Part shown: one piece after another, positions 61,970 through 64,000 of the stretch | Numbering within the stretch: position 1 is the first letter of the stretch | Layout: every line of letters begins with the position of its first letter | NCBI GenBank assembly: GCA_977020255.1 | Contig: CDROCS010000253.1 | Span: forward strand, 2,232,001-2,296,000 | DNA: 64,000 bases | Reading direction: 5' to 3' | Source of the DNA: Obrimoposthia wandeli | Taxonomy: Eukaryota | Notes under the pieces: generated by a model | The model's input: only the letters and a program-made list of their open reading frames with translations | Database searches by the model: none | Told to the model about the DNA's origin: nothing | Made by a program: the position numbers and the translations under genes

Positions 61970-63031
61970 ATGCCATTAGTACCATCAACTAGCAGTCAGG
62001 CACAGATAAAATGTAAACATATTGGTTTTTTATTACAACCCAACTTTACCATGTTAGCGTTGTCCTCGGCAATTGCGCCATTGCGAATGGCTAATCAATT
62101 GTCTGGAGAACAACTATATCGCTGGACTATTCTCAGTGAAGATGGTGGCGTTGTTACTGCCAGTGATGGACTGAAGATCGAGGTTGATTCTTGTATCAAT
62201 AATTATGTTGAGTTTGATACTGTGTTGGTTTGTGGCGGTGTAGATATAAAAGGCACAGTGACGCGAAAAGTGCTTAGCTGGTTAACCCATTTATCTCGCT
62301 GTAATATTGTGCTAGGCGGCATTTGCACGGGCAGTTATTTATTGGCTAAAGCGGGTTTATTAAACGGCTATCAAAGCACCATTCATTGGGAGTTATTGGC
62401 GAGTTGTCAGGAAGAGTTCCCTTTAGTTAAAAGTTCGAATAAACTGTTCATTTTTGACCGTAATCGTATGTCTTGTTCAGGTGGTACTGCAGCCATTGAT
62501 ATGATGTTGCAACTGATTTCTAAAGAGTATGGTAAAAAATTAACAACGGCTATTTCAGACATGTTTTCTCATGAACATATTCGTGATGAAAACGACCAGC
62601 AACGCATACCATTACAGCATATTGTTGGTGCTACTCAGTCAAAACTGCAAGATGTAGTCGCGTTAATGGAAGCAAATATTGAAGAAATATTATGCCTAGA
62701 TGAATTAGCTAGTTTTGTTGATTTATCTCGACGTCAGTTAGAGCGATTGTTTCAAAAATATCTCAACTGTTCGCCGCATCGTTATTATTTACAGTTACGA
62801 TTGGGAAAAGCACGTCAGTTATTAAAGCAAACCAATATGTCTATTATTGAAATTGCTATAGCCTGTGGTTTTGTCTCTACGCCGCATTTTAGTAAGTGTT
62901 ATCGTAATTCTTTTAGCATTCCGCCCCGAGATGAGCGCAACGTTTTAGCTAAAAATAAGCAATTTGCTTCCAGTAAAGAATCCAGTTTGGGATCGGTTAA
63001 GGTTCAACATCAACTTCAGCAACATCACTAA
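61970..63031 (+). CDS. gbdR: GlxA/GbdR-like AraC-family regulator with GATase-1-like domain
   Basis: FTMLALSSAI.PLRMAN, GGICTGSY.LA.AGLL, T.HWE and SRRQLERLF..GF.S.PHFSKCYR; sits beside gbc/sox genes. GbdR versus SouR cannot be resolved here. Confidence 0.8.
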   Translation: MPLVPSTSSQAQIKCKHIGFLLQPNFTMLALSSAIAPLRMANQLSGEQLYRWTILSEDGGVVTASDGLKIEVDSCINNYVEFDTVLVCGGVDIKGTVTRKVLSWLTHLSRCNIVLGGICTGSYLLAKAGLLNGYQSTIHWELLASCQEEFPLVKSSNKLFIFDRNRMSCSGGTAAIDMMLQLISKEYGKKLTTAISDMFSHEHIRDENDQQRIPLQHIVGATQSKLQDVVALMEANIEEILCLDELASFVDLSRRQLERLFQKYLNCSPHRYYLQLRLGKARQLLKQTNMSIIEIAIACGFVSTPHFSKCYRNSFSIPPRDERNVLAKNKQFASSKESSLGSVKVQHQLQQHH

Positions 63032-63047
63032 CTAACAAAACACAGCA

Positions 63048-63081
63048 AGATACCGTTTACTCTTGAGGTTAAACGGTATCT
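63048..63081 (+). terminator. Hairpin after gbdR
   Basis: AGATACCGTTTA..TAAACGGTATCT inverted repeat. Confidence 0.65.
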
Positions 63082-63083
63082 AA

Positions 63084-63185
63084 TATACCCAAGTCACTTC
63101 AAGAGGCGATTTCAGGATGATTGAGTATGTCTAAGACGTTTCTAATTCCCGCTGAATCCTGCACTTTTGAAGTCGTTTGGTAATA
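63084..63185. repeat. Degenerate ERIC-like repeat with both termini
   Basis: TATACCCAAGTCACTTCAAGA ... TAATTCCCGCTGAATCCTGCACTTTTGAAGTCGTTTGG. Confidence 0.7.
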
Positions 63186-63212
63186 CAACTTACTTTATGA
63201 ATACTTAACGAT

Positions 63213-64000
63213 ATGAAATTATCATCCCTGTTAAATTCTGAAAACTCAGAAAAAAATCATCTTCAAATTCAACAAAGTGGTCAACGACGTATTGATCGCA
63301 TGGCGCAATCTGGTGTAGGAAAATCTTCATTATGGGGTCTCGCCGAAGTCGGTTGGACTGCAGGTCCAGTAACTTTCTTAGCGGCCCAAGGTGGATATTA
63401 TTTAGGGTTTGGTACTTGGTTGCCCAATGAAAATTTAATATTTTTTGTCGGTTACACCGTATTAATGGGACTGATTGCCGTCTTGGTAAAGTTCATCTAC
63501 AAAGCGACAAAAGGGCAAGAACTTGATGATGCCAAAGAGCAGTTGTTGCTGGTTATTGGCAGCTTGCCTGATTTCATTCTGTCGATCAGAGATCTCACCC
63601 TAAGTCGTATGGAACCTGAGTCGAGGCGTTATGAATCGGCACGTATACTGTTGCAAAAATCGGATCTTGGTCCGCAATGGTTAACGCTTGCGGTAAATAG
63701 CATTATTGATTCACCAGTCATTGCTCAGGCCGTGGCGAATATTGAAATTTATTGGCGCGCGGGTATGTATAGCCGTATCCACGATATTAACCAAGAACTT
63801 TCAACGGAAATCTCAGCTGCCTTAGCAAGCTTAGAACCAGATCGTCCACGCTTGGCCCGGCTGTTAGAGCAACGTCTCCAAGGTAAAAAAAATACTTTGC
63901 GTAGCGGTGTAGAACGAGAGCCTTTTTTTATTGAGCGTATATTTTCAGCGATTGAAGAAGATAACGAAGACATTATGGGCTTAAGTGATGTTGAAGAAGT
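63213..64000 (+). CDS. Uncharacterised membrane protein (3' partial; absent from the ORF track)
   Basis: Open from ATG 63213 to the window end: MKLSSLL..LAEVGWTAGPVTFLAAQGGYYLGFG..LIFFVGYTVLMGLIAVLV (about 2 TMs), then a helical domain. Confidence 0.8.
   Translation, partial: MKLSSLLNSENSEKNHLQIQQSGQRRIDRMAQSGVGKSSLWGLAEVGWTAGPVTFLAAQGGYYLGFGTWLPNENLIFFVGYTVLMGLIAVLVKFIYKATKGQELDDAKEQLLLVIGSLPDFILSIRDLTLSRMEPESRRYESARILLQKSDLGPQWLTLAVNSIIDSPVIAQAVANIEIYWRAGMYSRIHDINQELSTEISAALASLEPDRPRLARLLEQRLQGKKNTLRSGVEREPFFIERIFSAIEEDNEDIMGLSDVEE

Noticed and set aside
90-63973. Many short ORF-track entries antisense to or overlapping long genes (e.g. 2612-2866, 19681-20082, 37360-37752, 59626-59949)
   Set aside because: Shadow ORFs of well-supported genes with no recognisable motifs.
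1-64000. tRNA, rRNA, prophage or defence genes
   Set aside because: No cloverleaf or rRNA signatures and no recognisable phage or defence proteins were seen by eye; a tRNAscan/HMM run would be needed to exclude them formally.

Overview
AT-rich gammaproteobacterial chromosome segment; gene content and repeat types suggest Colwellia or a close Alteromonadales relative (inference). Left arm (1-17 kb): partial TetR gene, adenine riboswitch plus adenine/adenosine deaminase, putP plus a porin, a decayed second copy of the deaminase 3' end, EamA, pgi, a small decaying patch (frameshifted ORF, radical-SAM relic), an ABC-F ATPase and an orphan SBP/hybrid kinase pair. Middle (17.3-30.5 kb): an all-plus-strand sigmaE-ChrR photo-oxidative stress island with four recognisable TGATCC..CGTA-type promoters, photolyase and the SDR/FAD-oxidoreductase/DUF1365/cfa lipid-modification genes. 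30.6-37.8 kb: GlyGly-CTERM protein, PepSY-RR-HK, quinone oxidoreductase/LysR, DUF3300. Right arm (38-64 kb): glycine-betaine/sarcosine catabolism and C1 oxidation cluster (second porin paralog, fdhA, purU, soxBDAG, glyA, gbcAB, BCCT, fdsGBA-fdhD-fdsD, GbdR-like regulator). This cluster carries three perfect FNR-type boxes, 21-bp-spaced candidate GbdR sites, and a dead IS110/IS1111-group element that keeps its long right non-coding end (the bridge/seekRNA-bearing end). ERIC-like miniature repeats occur at 4-5 places. No rRNA, tRNA or CRISPR array was seen. All calls come from reading the sequence and recalled family motifs; no searches were run.
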